Origin: an uncultured Acidobacteriota bacterium
GTDB taxonomy: Bacteria; Acidobacteriota; Blastocatellia; RBC074
Length of the DNA: 64,000 bases
NCBI GenBank assembly: GCA_963796275.1
Contig: CAWCKY010000001.1
Location: forward strand, 768,001 to 832,000
Direction: 5' to 3'
Positions 20,748-32,743 of this stretch are shown here, one piece after another (the first letter of the stretch is position 1; each line of letters begins with the position of its first letter). Under the pieces are notes generated by a model. That model was not told where the DNA came from. It worked only from the letters and a program-made list of their open reading frames with translations, and made no database searches. Position numbers and translations under genes: made by a program.

Positions 20748-22340
20748 ATGTCTAATCGAAAGCGATTCTTTTTTATATCAATCATAACTGTCTTTGCGGT
20801 CGCGGGCGTCATCATCAATCTTCCGTACAGCTTAAACGATGTTTTTGCGCGGACTCAGACGCCACAGCCGAAGGATCGGTCGAGGAAGGACCGCGAAGCA
20901 TTGGCCAAGACTCCGGCGCCTTCCGGGACCCTGAAAGATCGCCTCGATAAGGATGACGGATATGGGATCGCAGTATTCATATCTTCATCTATCCACGGCA
21001 GTCTCGAGGTCTGCGGCTGCCCGATTCACCCGCTCGGCGGCGTGGCGCGTCGCGTTGGATACATCGATGCCTTTCGCAAGCGGAGCCCCCAGGCGGCGAT
21101 CATTCAGGTCGACGCGGGTTATATCTTCAGCGATGACGCCAACCCTGCAGCAGACGGCCTGCGAGAAGACGCGCGGCTAATGAACGAATGGATCGTCCGT
21201 GCAAACGAATTGATGAACCTCGACATAGTTAATTTATCCTATCGCGATCTGCCATATGCGAGCTCATTATTGGCGCCGGACGCAAAACTCAAACCGATAA
21301 AGTCTACGCTCATCTCGGCTAATATCAAACCGGCTGACGAGATGCGCATCGCCCCGAAGCCATACGTAATAAAGGTAGTTATGGGTGAGCGATTGCGTAA
21401 GCCGATCCGTATCGCTTTCATCGGCTTGAGCGACATTGCGCCCGACAAACACAAAGAAGCAGTCACCAAGAGCGGTTTCTTGATTGAAGACCCGCTGCCT
21501 GCTGCAAAAGCCGCGCTCGCCGAAGTCCGCGACAAAGCCGATGTGACGGTAATCGTGGGTTTTCTTTCAATGCCGACTGTCAACAAACTGGCTCGGCAGA
21601 ATGAAGACCTCGACCTGATCATCGCGACTGACGAACGCGGGCTGGTGCTGGATCCGAAACAGGTTAACAATGCGTTGATCGTTTACTCAGCAAAAGAGAC
21701 CAAGCATCTGGCCGAATTGCGTTTTTACACGGACGCCGAAGGCCTGATCGATCGTTTCACGGCGCGTTACATCGAGCTGGACGAAATCATCCCCGACGAC
21801 CCGCAGATGGCCGCTGTTACGAAAGAAGCGCGCAAGGAGATCGACATGGCGCAGATGCGTGTGGCAGAAGCAGAGGCCAAAGCACTGCTGGCGAAGGACC
21901 CGGCATCTCCATATGTGCTCTCCGAGACTTGCGGGAAATGCCATATCACCGAGTACGCCGTTTGGCAGAACACGCTTCACTCGCATGCCTTTGCGGCACT
22001 GGAGACCAAAAACCGCACCTTCGATGCCGCATGTGTGGGCTGTCATTCGCTCGGTTTTCAGAAGGACGGTTTTGTCAACATTAAGGCGACACCGCAATTC
22101 GCGAATGTCCATTGCGAATCATGCCACGGCCCCGGACTCGAGCACTCAGCTCAGCCGGCGGCGGGAAATTACAAAACGCCGCCGAAAACCGACAGCTGTC
22201 TGATATGCCACGACCGTGAAAACAGTCCGGATTTTGATTTCAATAAATACTGGGCCGTCATCGCCCATACCAATTCATTGAAGCCGCCGCCCGTGGTCCC
22301 CGAGAGCGGTAAGAAGAAGACCCGGAGAAGGCGAAAATGA
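20748..22340 (+). CDS. Exported 5'-nucleotidase-like domain fused to tetraheme c-type cytochrome
   Basis: N-terminal signal/TM; HGSLEVCGC...GGVARR; four CxxCH motifs (CGKCH, CVGCH, CESCH, CLICH). Confidence 0.8.
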   Translation: MSNRKRFFFISIITVFAVAGVIINLPYSLNDVFARTQTPQPKDRSRKDREALAKTPAPSGTLKDRLDKDDGYGIAVFISSSIHGSLEVCGCPIHPLGGVARRVGYIDAFRKRSPQAAIIQVDAGYIFSDDANPAADGLREDARLMNEWIVRANELMNLDIVNLSYRDLPYASSLLAPDAKLKPIKSTLISANIKPADEMRIAPKPYVIKVVMGERLRKPIRIAFIGLSDIAPDKHKEAVTKSGFLIEDPLPAAKAALAEVRDKADVTVIVGFLSMPTVNKLARQNEDLDLIIATDERGLVLDPKQVNNALIVYSAKETKHLAELRFYTDAEGLIDRFTARYIELDEIIPDDPQMAAVTKEARKEIDMAQMRVAEAEAKALLAKDPASPYVLSETCGKCHITEYAVWQNTLHSHAFAALETKNRTFDAACVGCHSLGFQKDGFVNIKATPQFANVHCESCHGPGLEHSAQPAAGNYKTPPKTDSCLICHDRENSPDFDFNKYWAVIAHTNSLKPPPVVPESGKKKTRRRRK

Positions 22341-22452
22341 TGGGATATAGAGTTTCAGTTTCAGATATGCAAGGCTTCAGATTCTGATAGACACTTCTCA
22401 GGTTCCCGGGCGAGGGCGATCGGATAACCTTCGGTTCTCGAGTATCGTCGAT

Positions 22453-22914
22453 ATGAACAGTCTCCTCAAAATGCTGCCATCGATCGTGCGCCTTTTAGGC
22501 GATAACGAAGAGACGCGGGAGCAGGCGGTCTTTGCCTCCTGGCGGGCGGCAGCCGGTGAGGGAGTGGCAAATGTCTGCGCACCATTCAGACTCTACCGCA
22601 AGCAGCTGATAGTTGCCGTCCTTGATCAGACCTGGAAGAAACAGATGGAGAAGATCAGCGGCGAGTATCTCTTCAAGATCAATTCGACGCTCGGAGCGCC
22701 GATGGTGACATTTATAGAATTCCGTATCGATCGAAATCACGTGGTGCGATCGCGTAAACGAAAAAAGAAATCTTTCGAGTTCCAGCATACGGACGAGATT
22801 GAAGAAGAGTTGAGATCGTCGGCCGCCTGCATCCGTGATGATGTGCTGCGCGAGAAATTTTTACGCGCGGCAGCCAAATATTTGGAGCGGAATGAAATGG
22901 CAAACGGGAATTGA
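22453..22914 (+). CDS. DUF721/DciA-like protein
   Basis: W..AAGE..A...P......LIVAV....W...M pattern of DUF721. Confidence 0.65.
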   Translation: MNSLLKMLPSIVRLLGDNEETREQAVFASWRAAAGEGVANVCAPFRLYRKQLIVAVLDQTWKKQMEKISGEYLFKINSTLGAPMVTFIEFRIDRNHVVRSRKRKKKSFEFQHTDEIEEELRSSAACIRDDVLREKFLRAAAKYLERNEMANGN

Positions 22915-22970
22915 GTAATTTTCCCGTATTCAAATTACCTATTTCATTAAAGTCGATTCACGCAGGTTTT

Positions 22971-23273
22971 ATGCCGATTACACAAATCGAAGTCGATAAA
23001 ATAGCGGGACTCGCCAACCTCGAACTGACGGCGGAAGAGAAGGCCACGCTCGCGAGGCAACTAGCGGCAATAGTTGAATATATCGATCAGCTCAACGAGC
23101 TTGACACGTCAACGGTCAAACCGTGGCAACCGCAGAGTACGGGAGAGATGAGCGCTTCGTATACCACTCGTGATGACGTCGTCGAACCCTGCCTCGGCCA
23201 GAAGAAAGCTATGGAACAGGCGCCTGATCAGGATGACGGAAATTTCCTCGTGCCGAGAGTCATCGGAGGTTAG
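22971..23273 (+). CDS. gatC: Asp/Glu-tRNA amidotransferase subunit C
   Basis: [15 protein letters not shown]...LNELDT...RDD...AP...FLVPRVI; upstream of gatA. Confidence 0.92.
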   Translation: MPITQIEVDKIAGLANLELTAEEKATLARQLAAIVEYIDQLNELDTSTVKPWQPQSTGEMSASYTTRDDVVEPCLGQKKAMEQAPDQDDGNFLVPRVIGG

Positions 23274-23278
23274 TAGAA

Positions 23279-24694
23279 TTGACGGTAGAAGAAATATTTA
23301 AGCTCTACATTACGGGTCAGGCGAAACCTAGCGAGGTCTGCCGCGATGCGCTCGACCGCATCGAAAAAGATAACGACCGGCTCAACGCTTATGTCACTTT
23401 CGACCGAGAAGGCGCACTGCAGCGCGCTGAGGCGCTGGATGCCGGCATTCAAAATGCCGTCAAACAAAATCCTCTAGCGGGTATTCCCGTTGCCATCAAG
23501 GACAATATTTGCACGGAAGGGATCCGCACAACCTGCGCATCACGGATTCTCGCGAACTATGTCCCTCCATACACGGCGACTGCGGTCAAAAAACTTGAGG
23601 ATGCCGGCGCAATCGTCGTAGCAAAGACGAACCTGGATGAATTCGCGATGGGCGGATCGACCGAAAATTCCGCATTCGGCCCGGTGAAAAACCCATGGAA
23701 TGAAGAGTATGTGCCGGGTGGTAGTTCCGGCGGTTCAGCCGTCGCGGTCGCTGCAGGGCATGTACCGGTGTCGCTCGGCTCCGATACGGGCGGTTCTATT
23801 CGACAGCCCGCCTCCTTCTGCGGTGTGGTGGGTTTGAAACCGACATACGGGCGCGTCTCGCGTTACGGCCTCGTCGCATTCGCCTCATCGCTCGATCAGA
23901 TCGGCCCGTTTGCCAATAACGTGCGAGATGCTGCGCGCATGCTGCAGGTCATAGCCGGTCACGACCGCCGCGATTCGACTTCGGGGAACACGGCGGTTCC
24001 CGATTACCTGCGGGCCTTGAGCGGCGACATCAAAGGTTTGCGTCTCGGTGTGCCGCCTGAATGTTTCGGCGAAGGCGTAGACGAGGAGGTGCGAGAGAAA
24101 GTTGAAGCCGCCATCCGCAGGCTCGAAGAGCGGGGAGCGAAGATCGTCGAAGTACACCTTCCACATATGAAGTATGTGATAGCAGTCTATTACATCATCG
24201 CCACGGCCGAGGCGTCGTCGAACCTCGCACGATACGACGGTGTTCGCTACGGGTTTCGCGCTGAAGAAGCGCGCACGCTTTCGGAGATGTACCGCCGTAC
24301 CCGCAACCAAGGTTTCGGCCCGGAGATCAAACGCCGGATTATGCTCGGCACTTTCGCATTGTCCTCAGGCTATTACGATGCTTATTATGAAAAAGCGCAG
24401 CGCGTTCGCCAAATGTTGGTGAATGATTTCGCCGAGGCTTTCAGAAAGTGCGACATAATCGCTACCCCGACCGCTCCGACGCCGCCGTTCAAGATCGGCG
24501 AGAAATCCGATGATCCCTTGGCGATGTATCTATGCGACATATTCACGGTGACGATCAACCTGGCGGGAGTGCCGGCGATCAGCGTTCCCTGCGGTCAATC
24601 GAGAATGAAATTGCCGATCGGGCTACAATTGATCGGCAATCATTTTGACGAGCCGCGGGTGCTTAATACTGCTTACGCTTACGAGCGCGAGTGA
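23279..24694 (+). CDS. gatA: Asp/Glu-tRNA amidotransferase subunit A
   Basis: Amidase signature [35 protein letters not shown]. Confidence 0.97.
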   Translation: MTVEEIFKLYITGQAKPSEVCRDALDRIEKDNDRLNAYVTFDREGALQRAEALDAGIQNAVKQNPLAGIPVAIKDNICTEGIRTTCASRILANYVPPYTATAVKKLEDAGAIVVAKTNLDEFAMGGSTENSAFGPVKNPWNEEYVPGGSSGGSAVAVAAGHVPVSLGSDTGGSIRQPASFCGVVGLKPTYGRVSRYGLVAFASSLDQIGPFANNVRDAARMLQVIAGHDRRDSTSGNTAVPDYLRALSGDIKGLRLGVPPECFGEGVDEEVREKVEAAIRRLEERGAKIVEVHLPHMKYVIAVYYIIATAEASSNLARYDGVRYGFRAEEARTLSEMYRRTRNQGFGPEIKRRIMLGTFALSSGYYDAYYEKAQRVRQMLVNDFAEAFRKCDIIATPTAPTPPFKIGEKSDDPLAMYLCDIFTVTINLAGVPAISVPCGQSRMKLPIGLQLIGNHFDEPRVLNTAYAYERE

Positions 24695-24737
24695 AGGGAT
24701 TTACGAGAGAATGAGTGTAGGCGGGGAGGAATGATGA

Positions 24738-25025
24738 TTACGAAGACAGCTCTCGTCCGCTTCTCTCCCCGTCTGCCCGTCTCACTTTCTTCTTATCAGG
24801 CAGCCAATCGCCGGTGAACAATTCGATCGTATTTTTAAACAGGCCGACAACAGGTGTAGCATCGAGTGCAGTGTTCACCAGCCCGCGGGCAACACCTTTC
24901 TTCTTGATCTCATATCCGATCAATCCTACGGCTACCGCCGTGCCGATCAACGGCACCGATTTCGCGGCCCTCATTGCTATGCGGTATCCGCCCGCACGGA
25001 TGATGCGCCTCAGAATCCCTGCCAT
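24738..25025 (-). CDS. Small hypothetical protein
   Basis: GGAGGAGG SD before ATG; amphipathic 95-aa ORF filling the gatA-cca gap. Confidence 0.65.
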   Translation of the reverse strand: MAGILRRIIRAGGYRIAMRAAKSVPLIGTAVAVGLIGYEIKKKGVARGLVNTALDATPVVGLFKNTIELFTGDWLPDKKKVRRADGERSGRELSS

Positions 25026-25081
25026 TTATTCCTCCTCCCGGTTCAAATTCTATCGCAAAACAAAGATAATGATATCAACAT

Positions 25082-26470
<1,389 letters not shown>

Positions 26471-26479
<9 letters not shown>

Positions 26480-26558
26480 TGGATAATTGATAATTGATAA
26501 TTCGTATCTGCTGTGGCGACGACCTATTCAAACTATCAATTATCAATTATCAATTATA
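26471..26558. repeat. Inverted heptamer tandem-repeat element
   Basis: (TGGATAA/TTGATAA)x4 facing (TTATCAA)x3-4 between convergent genes. Confidence 0.7.
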
Positions 26559-26562
26559 TTTG

Positions 26563-28230
26563 TTATCTCATTTTGAGCACGATGAGGGTAATGTCATCGC
26601 CCTGAGGCAAGCCGCGCGTGAAACCCAGCAGTTCATCCAAGATGCGATTTTTTATCTCTTCCGCGCTCAGTGCGACGCTTTTTCTGACCAGCTCTTCCAG
26701 CTTCTCGTCTCCGAACATTTCGTTGTTTGAATTCACTGCTTCGGTCACGCCATCGGTATAGATCACAACGACATCGCCGCTCCTGATCACCGTCTCGCGC
26801 TCTTGATACTGGGCGAAATCGAATGCTCCCAGAACAACCGACTTTGTCGTCAGCAGTTCGGTCCCGCCACCGGCCCGAGCCAGTATCGGGGGGTTGTGAC
26901 CGGCATTGATATAGGTGAAATGGCCGTCACGATCGAGGATGGCGCAGAAGAGGGTGATGAAGTTATTACTCGCAGAACGCTGCACCAGGACCGTGTTGAG
27001 ATTTGTAATAACGCCGGTGAGCGGTAGGTGGCTCGCGAACTGAGCCTGCAATGCGCCCTGCGCCATGGCTGCGAGAAGTGCGGCGGCTATGCCTTTGCCC
27101 GAGACGTCGCCGAGCACGAAGACGGCTCTCCCGTCTTTTAGCGGGACCAGATCATAAAAGTCACCGCCGACATATCGCGAAGGGATGCTTTGCGATGCGA
27201 CTTCAAAGTGTTCCTGCTGCCGTAAAGCGGCCGGCGAGAGAGCTACCTGAACCTGACGCGCCGTCGACAATTCGAGCTCGAGATTCTTTTTCTCCTGCTC
27301 TTCGTGCATAAGGCGCACGCTCTCGAGCGATTTGGTGGCTTCGAAGGCGAGCGATTCGAGCAATCGCAGCGATGTCTCAGTCAACGACGCGCCGTTCACA
27401 TAGCTGTCGACATAGAGAACCCCTATTACGTCGCGTTTGAGCACGGCCGTCGCATCCATATTCTCACTCATCTGAAAACGCCGCAGGGGAATGCAGGCGA
27501 TCGAGCGAAGCTCGAGCATGCGGACGCTCTCGCTCGCTGGCTGCGGAGCCGTATCCAGCGTCTCGGAAACTGTAACGCTGCGGTTCTGTTTGAATGCTTC
27601 CTCGACCACCGACCGGCTCATCGCGAAGTCGTTGCCGACCAGCCAGTTCCTTTTATGGTCGCGCGCGACCTTGAATTCCAAATCGCCGTTATCATTGCGG
27701 AGCATGAGGAATCCGCGTCCAGCCCGTGTAATCTCGATTGCTGCGTCGACGATCAGGCATAGCACGTCGTCGGGAGTGAGCGAAAATTTGAATGCTTGAT
27801 TGACCTCGATGAAACGCGCGAGTTTCTGCAGCTCTTCATTGGCTGATGCCGCCCGCAAACGCTCCTCGGTCGAGGGCGATAAGGTCAACTGCGGGCTGCT
27901 GTCGAATATCGCCGAAGCGTTCTCGATCGAGTAGTCGAGGAAGAATATCTTCTGATCTTCATCTCCTCCGATGCGAATCCGATCCTGATGTTGCAGCGCT
28001 ACCCGCTCGACCGGCTGATCATTGACGAACGATCCGCGCTTACTCCCGATATCGACCAGATAATATACGTTCCCGTCATAAACGATCTCCGCGTGTTGAC
28101 GCGAGACGGTGTCGGAGAGAAGCTGGAGATCATTCTCCGCCTTGCGCCCGATGGTGAATACCGGTTTATTCAACGGCAGGAACCGCGTGACGCCGAATCG
28201 ATTGACGATTTTCAGTTGCGCCTGCTTCAT
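26563..28230 (-). CDS. FHA-GAF-PP2C (SpoIIE/RsbU-type) phosphatase
   Basis: FHA ([17 protein letters not shown]), GAF, VGGDFYD, GDVSGKG, YTDGV, DDIT. Confidence 0.92.
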   Translation of the reverse strand: MKQAQLKIVNRFGVTRFLPLNKPVFTIGRKAENDLQLLSDTVSRQHAEIVYDGNVYYLVDIGSKRGSFVNDQPVERVALQHQDRIRIGGDEDQKIFFLDYSIENASAIFDSSPQLTLSPSTEERLRAASANEELQKLARFIEVNQAFKFSLTPDDVLCLIVDAAIEITRAGRGFLMLRNDNGDLEFKVARDHKRNWLVGNDFAMSRSVVEEAFKQNRSVTVSETLDTAPQPASESVRMLELRSIACIPLRRFQMSENMDATAVLKRDVIGVLYVDSYVNGASLTETSLRLLESLAFEATKSLESVRLMHEEQEKKNLELELSTARQVQVALSPAALRQQEHFEVASQSIPSRYVGGDFYDLVPLKDGRAVFVLGDVSGKGIAAALLAAMAQGALQAQFASHLPLTGVITNLNTVLVQRSASNNFITLFCAILDRDGHFTYINAGHNPPILARAGGGTELLTTKSVVLGAFDFAQYQERETVIRSGDVVVIYTDGVTEAVNSNNEMFGDEKLEELVRKSVALSAEEIKNRILDELLGFTRGLPQGDDITLIVLKMR

Positions 28231-28254
28231 CTGGCTCGGTTTAAGTTAATAACT

Positions 28255-28590
28255 TTAAAATGATGAGATTGCTTTCTTTTCATCCTCGAATGTTTCGAGG
28301 ACAGAGAATAGCCCGGTGATGATTAGCAACTGCCTGGCCATCCTCGACGGTTTGAGCACTTTCAGACTGCCATCAGCCGCCCTGAGACTGGTGAAGGATT
28401 TGATCATCGCGCCGATGCCGGAACTGTCGATGACAGGCACCTCGGCTAAGTTCAAAAGTAGATGCTTGCGCTCTTCCGCAATCAGATGGCTTACTGTGTC
28501 TCGCAGGGTTTCCTCGCTTTTACCGATCGTCAGATTCCCGCTCAGATCAAGTATCGTTACATCGCCTTTATTTCGTATTTGGATATCCAT
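28255..28590 (-). CDS. STAS anti-sigma factor antagonist
   Basis: 111 aa, LNLAEVPVIDSSGIG with the phosphorylatable Ser. Confidence 0.92.
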   Translation of the reverse strand: MDIQIRNKGDVTILDLSGNLTIGKSEETLRDTVSHLIAEERKHLLLNLAEVPVIDSSGIGAMIKSFTSLRAADGSLKVLKPSRMARQLLIITGLFSVLETFEDEKKAISSF

Positions 28591-28619
28591 CTAAGCACCT
28601 TTGATTATAACTCAATAGC

Positions 28620-29549
28620 TTAAGCGACGATTATATAGGTGTTCCTTCCCCCGACCACATCCGAAAAGTCCTTATTGTAAGTTGTGGAAATGCGCCGGAA
28701 CTGTTTTATAACATTGCCGATCTCGGCGGTCGTTATAAATCCGTCCTCGGTATGCGCGATGGCCCATTGGGGGATGTATTTGGCGTTGTCCAAAAAGTTT
28801 CCGACCAACTCCAGGTATTTCTCTTTCGACATCACATCATCGCCGAGTTTTCCGCGTTGATTTGCGATCAGCGCATCCCAGTCGTCATAGGTGCCGCGCA
28901 CCCACGTCTCACGCCAGCCGACTACTCCGCGGCGAAGCGAGGAGAGCCCTTCCGGGCGCGGGAAGCGTACGAACAACAATTCGCCGGTGGCTCCTCGGAT
29001 GAAATCGTGCGCCTCTCGATTGACACTGTAGTTGGCCTGTCCATTGTCGATGACATCACGCTGCCTGCGCCACAGGTTGATGAAGACCTCCGAGAGCGGT
29101 CGCCGCAAATCCGCTGTCTCTGGCCCGAATGAGAAGACATAGTCCGCCGTCTTGAGCGCATGCATTATCGCCAGCCCGCGGCAGTATTCGTTTTCAACCT
29201 GCTGTATATTGAGCCAGACATTATCGAACCAGACGGCATCTATCTCGCTCATCGCCCGGCCAAGAGCCAGATTGTGCAGCCGCCGTCGCGGAACATAAGC
29301 CTCGCTCAGGACCAGCGAGATGTCTTCTTCTTTCAATAATTCTTTCTGGTTTTCCACGATCGCGCGCGAAATCCACCACGCCCATTGGCAGATATCATTG
29401 GTTAATATCTGCTTGCCCCAAAATTTGAGATACCATTCCAGATCCGGCTCGCCAGCGAATGGAATTACGATTGAATTAAACTTGAGACGGCGCAATACGC
29501 TCAGCTCGAAGCCGAGCCAGCGCCGATTTGAATTGGATGTTGTGAACAT
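28620..29549 (-). CDS. Hypothetical protein resembling a degenerate D12-class N6-adenine DNA methyltransferase
   Basis: [10 protein letters not shown]...[12 protein letters not shown]...W..SRAIVEN parallels motif I/II; NREAHDFI...LLFVRFPRP lies where D-LVY-x-DPPY is expected. Confidence 0.55.
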   Translation of the reverse strand: MFTTSNSNRRWLGFELSVLRRLKFNSIVIPFAGEPDLEWYLKFWGKQILTNDICQWAWWISRAIVENQKELLKEEDISLVLSEAYVPRRRLHNLALGRAMSEIDAVWFDNVWLNIQQVENEYCRGLAIMHALKTADYVFSFGPETADLRRPLSEVFINLWRRQRDVIDNGQANYSVNREAHDFIRGATGELLFVRFPRPEGLSSLRRGVVGWRETWVRGTYDDWDALIANQRGKLGDDVMSKEKYLELVGNFLDNAKYIPQWAIAHTEDGFITTAEIGNVIKQFRRISTTYNKDFSDVVGGRNTYIIVA

Positions 29550-29567
29550 AGGTGTTGGTGGTATCTC

Positions 29568-29660
29568 GTAGTCGGTAGTCGGTATCCGGTTGCCGGTTCA
29601 CGGCTCACATCCTCTACATGTAGCGAGATGTGAGCCGACAACCGATGACCGGTACACCGC
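29568..29660. repeat. Inverted heptamer repeat element
   Basis: GTAGTCG GTAGTCG GTATCCG GTTGCCG facing CCGACAA CCGATGA CCGGTA, with inner GGCTCACATC...GATGTGAGCC. Confidence 0.6.
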
Positions 29661-29673
29661 CTGCCTCATACTG

Positions 29674-30813
29674 TTATTGTTTCTGCTTCTCCCGCTCAGG
29701 CGGTTCGGTGGCCGGAACTCCTAGCTCTTCGATCACGTAATGAACTTCGGGTACTGGCGATTCAGCCCAGTTGTTCGTATTGCTTTCTTCGAATACCAGC
29801 GGGTCCGGAGCCGCGGATGATAATTCCACCCTCTCTTCAACGGCTATCGCCGGAGGCTCGACCATTAAGACCGGTTCCTGCTCATCTATAAGCAGAATGT
29901 GATCCTGTGCATCGACCGTCAATTCGACAATCTGAGGCTCTGCTTGTGCGGGTACCGGAATGTTTTCGAGGATGTCGGGTTCAGGGGGATATTCGGCGGC
30001 GACAATCGCCGGTTGCATGACGACCGGCATATCTTTCGGCGCTCTTTCAATTTCGGCGGCGACAATCGCCGGTTTCATGACGACCGGCACATCTTTCGGC
30101 GCTCTTTCAATTTCAGCGGCGACAATCGCCGGTTTCATGACGACCGGCACATCTTTCGGCACTCTTTCAATTTCAGCGGCGACAATCGCCGGTTGCATGA
30201 CCTCCTGCAATCCCCTCTCTTTGACAAGCAGCGCCACCAGTTTTTTGGCTACCTGCGGATCGAATTCGATTCCGGCAAGATCGGCGATCACTTGTTCGGC
30301 TTCCAGCGGATCAAAACGCCGTCGATGCGGGCGTTTCGAGACGAGCGCGCAATAGCTGTCCACCGCGCGTAATATTCTCGCGCCGAGCGGAATCGTCTCG
30401 CCGGCGAGGCCATCGGGATAACCCAGGCCATTCCACCATTCGTGATGCCAGCGGATCAGGAGCTGGACCTGTCTCGCGAGCTTCAGTTCGCTCGCGGCCT
30501 GTTCGCCCAGGATAGGATGCCGCCACAGGTCGAGCGTCTCCTCCCAGGTCAAATCATCCGGGCGCAGCAGATAGTTGCGCTTCATCACTCGTTCCCCGAC
30601 ATCGTGCAGGAGCGCGGCATATTTGAGCGCCGTGAGATCTGTGCCGTGTAATCCCATGAGCGATCCCAGGCGCTCCGATAGACGCGCGATCGTCACCGAG
30701 TGCGGCTCGCTGTAGCCTTCTATGCGATCTATCTCGACGGCAATTTTGAGCAGGCGGTCGCCGAGCGGCCGCTCCGCCTCGCTCAGCTTCAGGATCGCCG
30801 GTTGTGTTTGCAT
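29674..30813 (-). CDS. HD-GYP cyclic-dinucleotide phosphodiesterase with repetitive acidic C-terminal tail
   Basis: [34 protein letters not shown]. Confidence 0.88.
   Translation of the reverse strand: MQTQPAILKLSEAERPLGDRLLKIAVEIDRIEGYSEPHSVTIARLSERLGSLMGLHGTDLTALKYAALLHDVGERVMKRNYLLRPDDLTWEETLDLWRHPILGEQAASELKLARQVQLLIRWHHEWWNGLGYPDGLAGETIPLGARILRAVDSYCALVSKRPHRRRFDPLEAEQVIADLAGIEFDPQVAKKLVALLVKERGLQEVMQPAIVAAEIERVPKDVPVVMKPAIVAAEIERAPKDVPVVMKPAIVAAEIERAPKDMPVVMQPAIVAAEYPPEPDILENIPVPAQAEPQIVELTVDAQDHILLIDEQEPVLMVEPPAIAVEERVELSSAAPDPLVFEESNTNNWAESPVPEVHYVIEELGVPATEPPEREKQKQ
29992..30202 (-). repeat. 60-bp tandem repeat x~3.5 encoding [20 protein letters not shown]
   Basis: GACAATCGCCGGTT starts at 30001, 30061, 30121 and 30181. 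Confidence 0.95.
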
Positions 30814-31054
30814 GAATGACTCTCCCTTGAAAATAGACTGGACTTACCGATTTTTGCCGATAAATCCGTAGCCGGATTTTCATTGCTTACCAGTTCGTTC
30901 CGGATGACATGAACGAACCTTCATATTAAATAACCGTCCTTTTTAGGCGTATCGAGGGGAAAAATCAAGCGATTGCGGTTTCGTGAATGCCGGTTTCGAC
31001 GGATTCATTATCGCCAAGTTTCACTTTTACCAATATACATCAGGCGCACGGCTC

Positions 31055-31153
31055 TGGACAGGCAATCCCATGAATGGTCGGCCACAATTGGCATACAATT
31101 GGCCGTTTACACCTGTCCGATTCGTAATAAAATGGCCCGGTTTGAGGGGCCAA
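31055..31153 (+). promoter_or_regulatory. Candidate MocR-family operator sites
   Basis: Direct repeat ACAATTGGC at 31084 and 31095; inverted TGGCCC-N8-GGGCCA at 31133-31152, just upstream of the MocR gene. Confidence 0.5.
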
Positions 31154-31170
31154 TATGAAAGCGAGGCGAA

Positions 31171-32691
31171 ATGATATTCGCGCTGAATCGTGATAGTCAC
31201 ATCCCATTATACAATCAAATTGCGATACAGGTGCGGGAGATGATCAGCCGCGGCGCGCTCAAGGTGGGAGACCGTTTGCCAGCCAATCGCGAGCTGGCGA
31301 AATCTCTCGGCGTCAACCGCAGCACGGTGACCACAGCTTATGATGAGTTGACGGCGGATGGGTTGATTACATCGCGCGTCGGCAGCGGGACGTTTGTCAG
31401 CGCCCTCCCGCCCGCGCGCGCAACTATCGCTGAGGAGGCGCGCCGGCGGCCTTCGCCGATGCCGTGGAGCGCTCTTCTGGCCGATCAAAAGCGCGACGAA
31501 TGGCTGAGCGGAATGATCAGGACCTCGGCGGGGAAGGATGCGGTCTCGCTGGCCTATGCGCTACCTGCTCCCGAGTTATTTCCGGTCGATGATTTCCGCC
31601 GTTCCGTGGATCGCGTGCTGCGGCGTGAGGCGCGCAGCTTCCTTCAACTCGGCACGAGCGACGGGTATCCGCCTTTGCAGCAATTTCTTGCCGCACATAT
31701 GAGGCGCGCCGGCATGTCGCTCGAGCCGGGCGAAATTTTGATCACAAACGGGTGCCAGCAATCGCTAGATCTGATCAGGCAGATTCTGGTGCGGCCGGGC
31801 GAGGAAGTTGTCTTGGAGAATCCGACTTATCCGGGAGCGATCAGCGTATTTTGTGGCCACCAATCGAAATACATCAGCGTCCCGGTCGGCGCCGCGGGAC
31901 TCGATCTCGATATGCTGGAAGATGTGCTCAGACAGCGGCGTCCCAAACTGATTTATCTCGTGCCGAGCTTTCATAATCCAACGGGAATCACGATGGACCT
32001 GACATCGCGCCGACGACTGATCGAGTTGGCGGCCTTCTATCGCGTGCCGATTATCGAAGACGACATCTACGGCGAACTGCGTTACGACGGCGTTGCCGTG
32101 CCGTCCCTCAAATCCTTGGATGAATACGGGCTGGTGATATACATCAACAGCTTCTCAAAAATCGGGTTCCCGGGCCTGCGCGTCGGCTGGATCGTTGCTC
32201 CGCGGATAGTGATCGATCACCTGAACGCAGCGAAACAGCGAACCGATTTGCACGCCAGTTTGCTTTCGCAAGCCGTCATCTCCGATTTCGCCCGGCAGGG
32301 GCTACTGGCAAAGCATATCAGGAAGTGCCGGAAAGAATATGTCCAGCGACGTGATGCGATGCTTGCCGCGCTGGCGCGTTATTTCCCGAATGAAGCCGTA
32401 TGGAATAAGCCGGAGGGCGGGATGGCGGTTTGGGTGAAGCTTCCGGAATCGATCAGCGCGAGCCAGATTTTGATGCAGGCAATGGAACAGAGGGTGAGCT
32501 TCAGCCCGGGCGAATTTTTCTACTCCTGCACGCCGCGGCATGACACGATGCGCCTGTCATTTACGATGGCGAATTCCGCGATGATCGAAGAATCCGTCAA
32601 GCGGTTGGGGGCGGTCATCAAGGCTCGTCTAATGAGCGCGAAAAAACGGCCTGAACTCAGCCGAAAGGCTGCCGTCAAGCCTTTGATGTGA
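31171..32691 (+). CDS. MocR/GntR-family PLP-dependent transcriptional regulator
   Basis: GntR wHTH (RLPANRELAKSLGVNRSTV) plus aminotransferase domain (IIEDDIY, SFSK, GLRVGW). Confidence 0.93.
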   Translation: MIFALNRDSHIPLYNQIAIQVREMISRGALKVGDRLPANRELAKSLGVNRSTVTTAYDELTADGLITSRVGSGTFVSALPPARATIAEEARRRPSPMPWSALLADQKRDEWLSGMIRTSAGKDAVSLAYALPAPELFPVDDFRRSVDRVLRREARSFLQLGTSDGYPPLQQFLAAHMRRAGMSLEPGEILITNGCQQSLDLIRQILVRPGEEVVLENPTYPGAISVFCGHQSKYISVPVGAAGLDLDMLEDVLRQRRPKLIYLVPSFHNPTGITMDLTSRRRLIELAAFYRVPIIEDDIYGELRYDGVAVPSLKSLDEYGLVIYINSFSKIGFPGLRVGWIVAPRIVIDHLNAAKQRTDLHASLLSQAVISDFARQGLLAKHIRKCRKEYVQRRDAMLAALARYFPNEAVWNKPEGGMAVWVKLPESISASQILMQAMEQRVSFSPGEFFYSCTPRHDTMRLSFTMANSAMIEESVKRLGAVIKARLMSAKKRPELSRKAAVKPLM

Positions 32692-32743
32692 AATTTCAGG
32701 CATGAAAACCTGAGACCGAAATCTGAGACTGGAAATATTTCCT

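Noticed and set aside
22971-24694. gatCA without gatB as an unusual system
   Set aside because: gatB is often unlinked; absence from the window is uninformative.
29992-30202. 60-bp periodic repeat as CRISPR array
   Set aside because: No unique spacers, in frame within a CDS, and no cas genes in the window.
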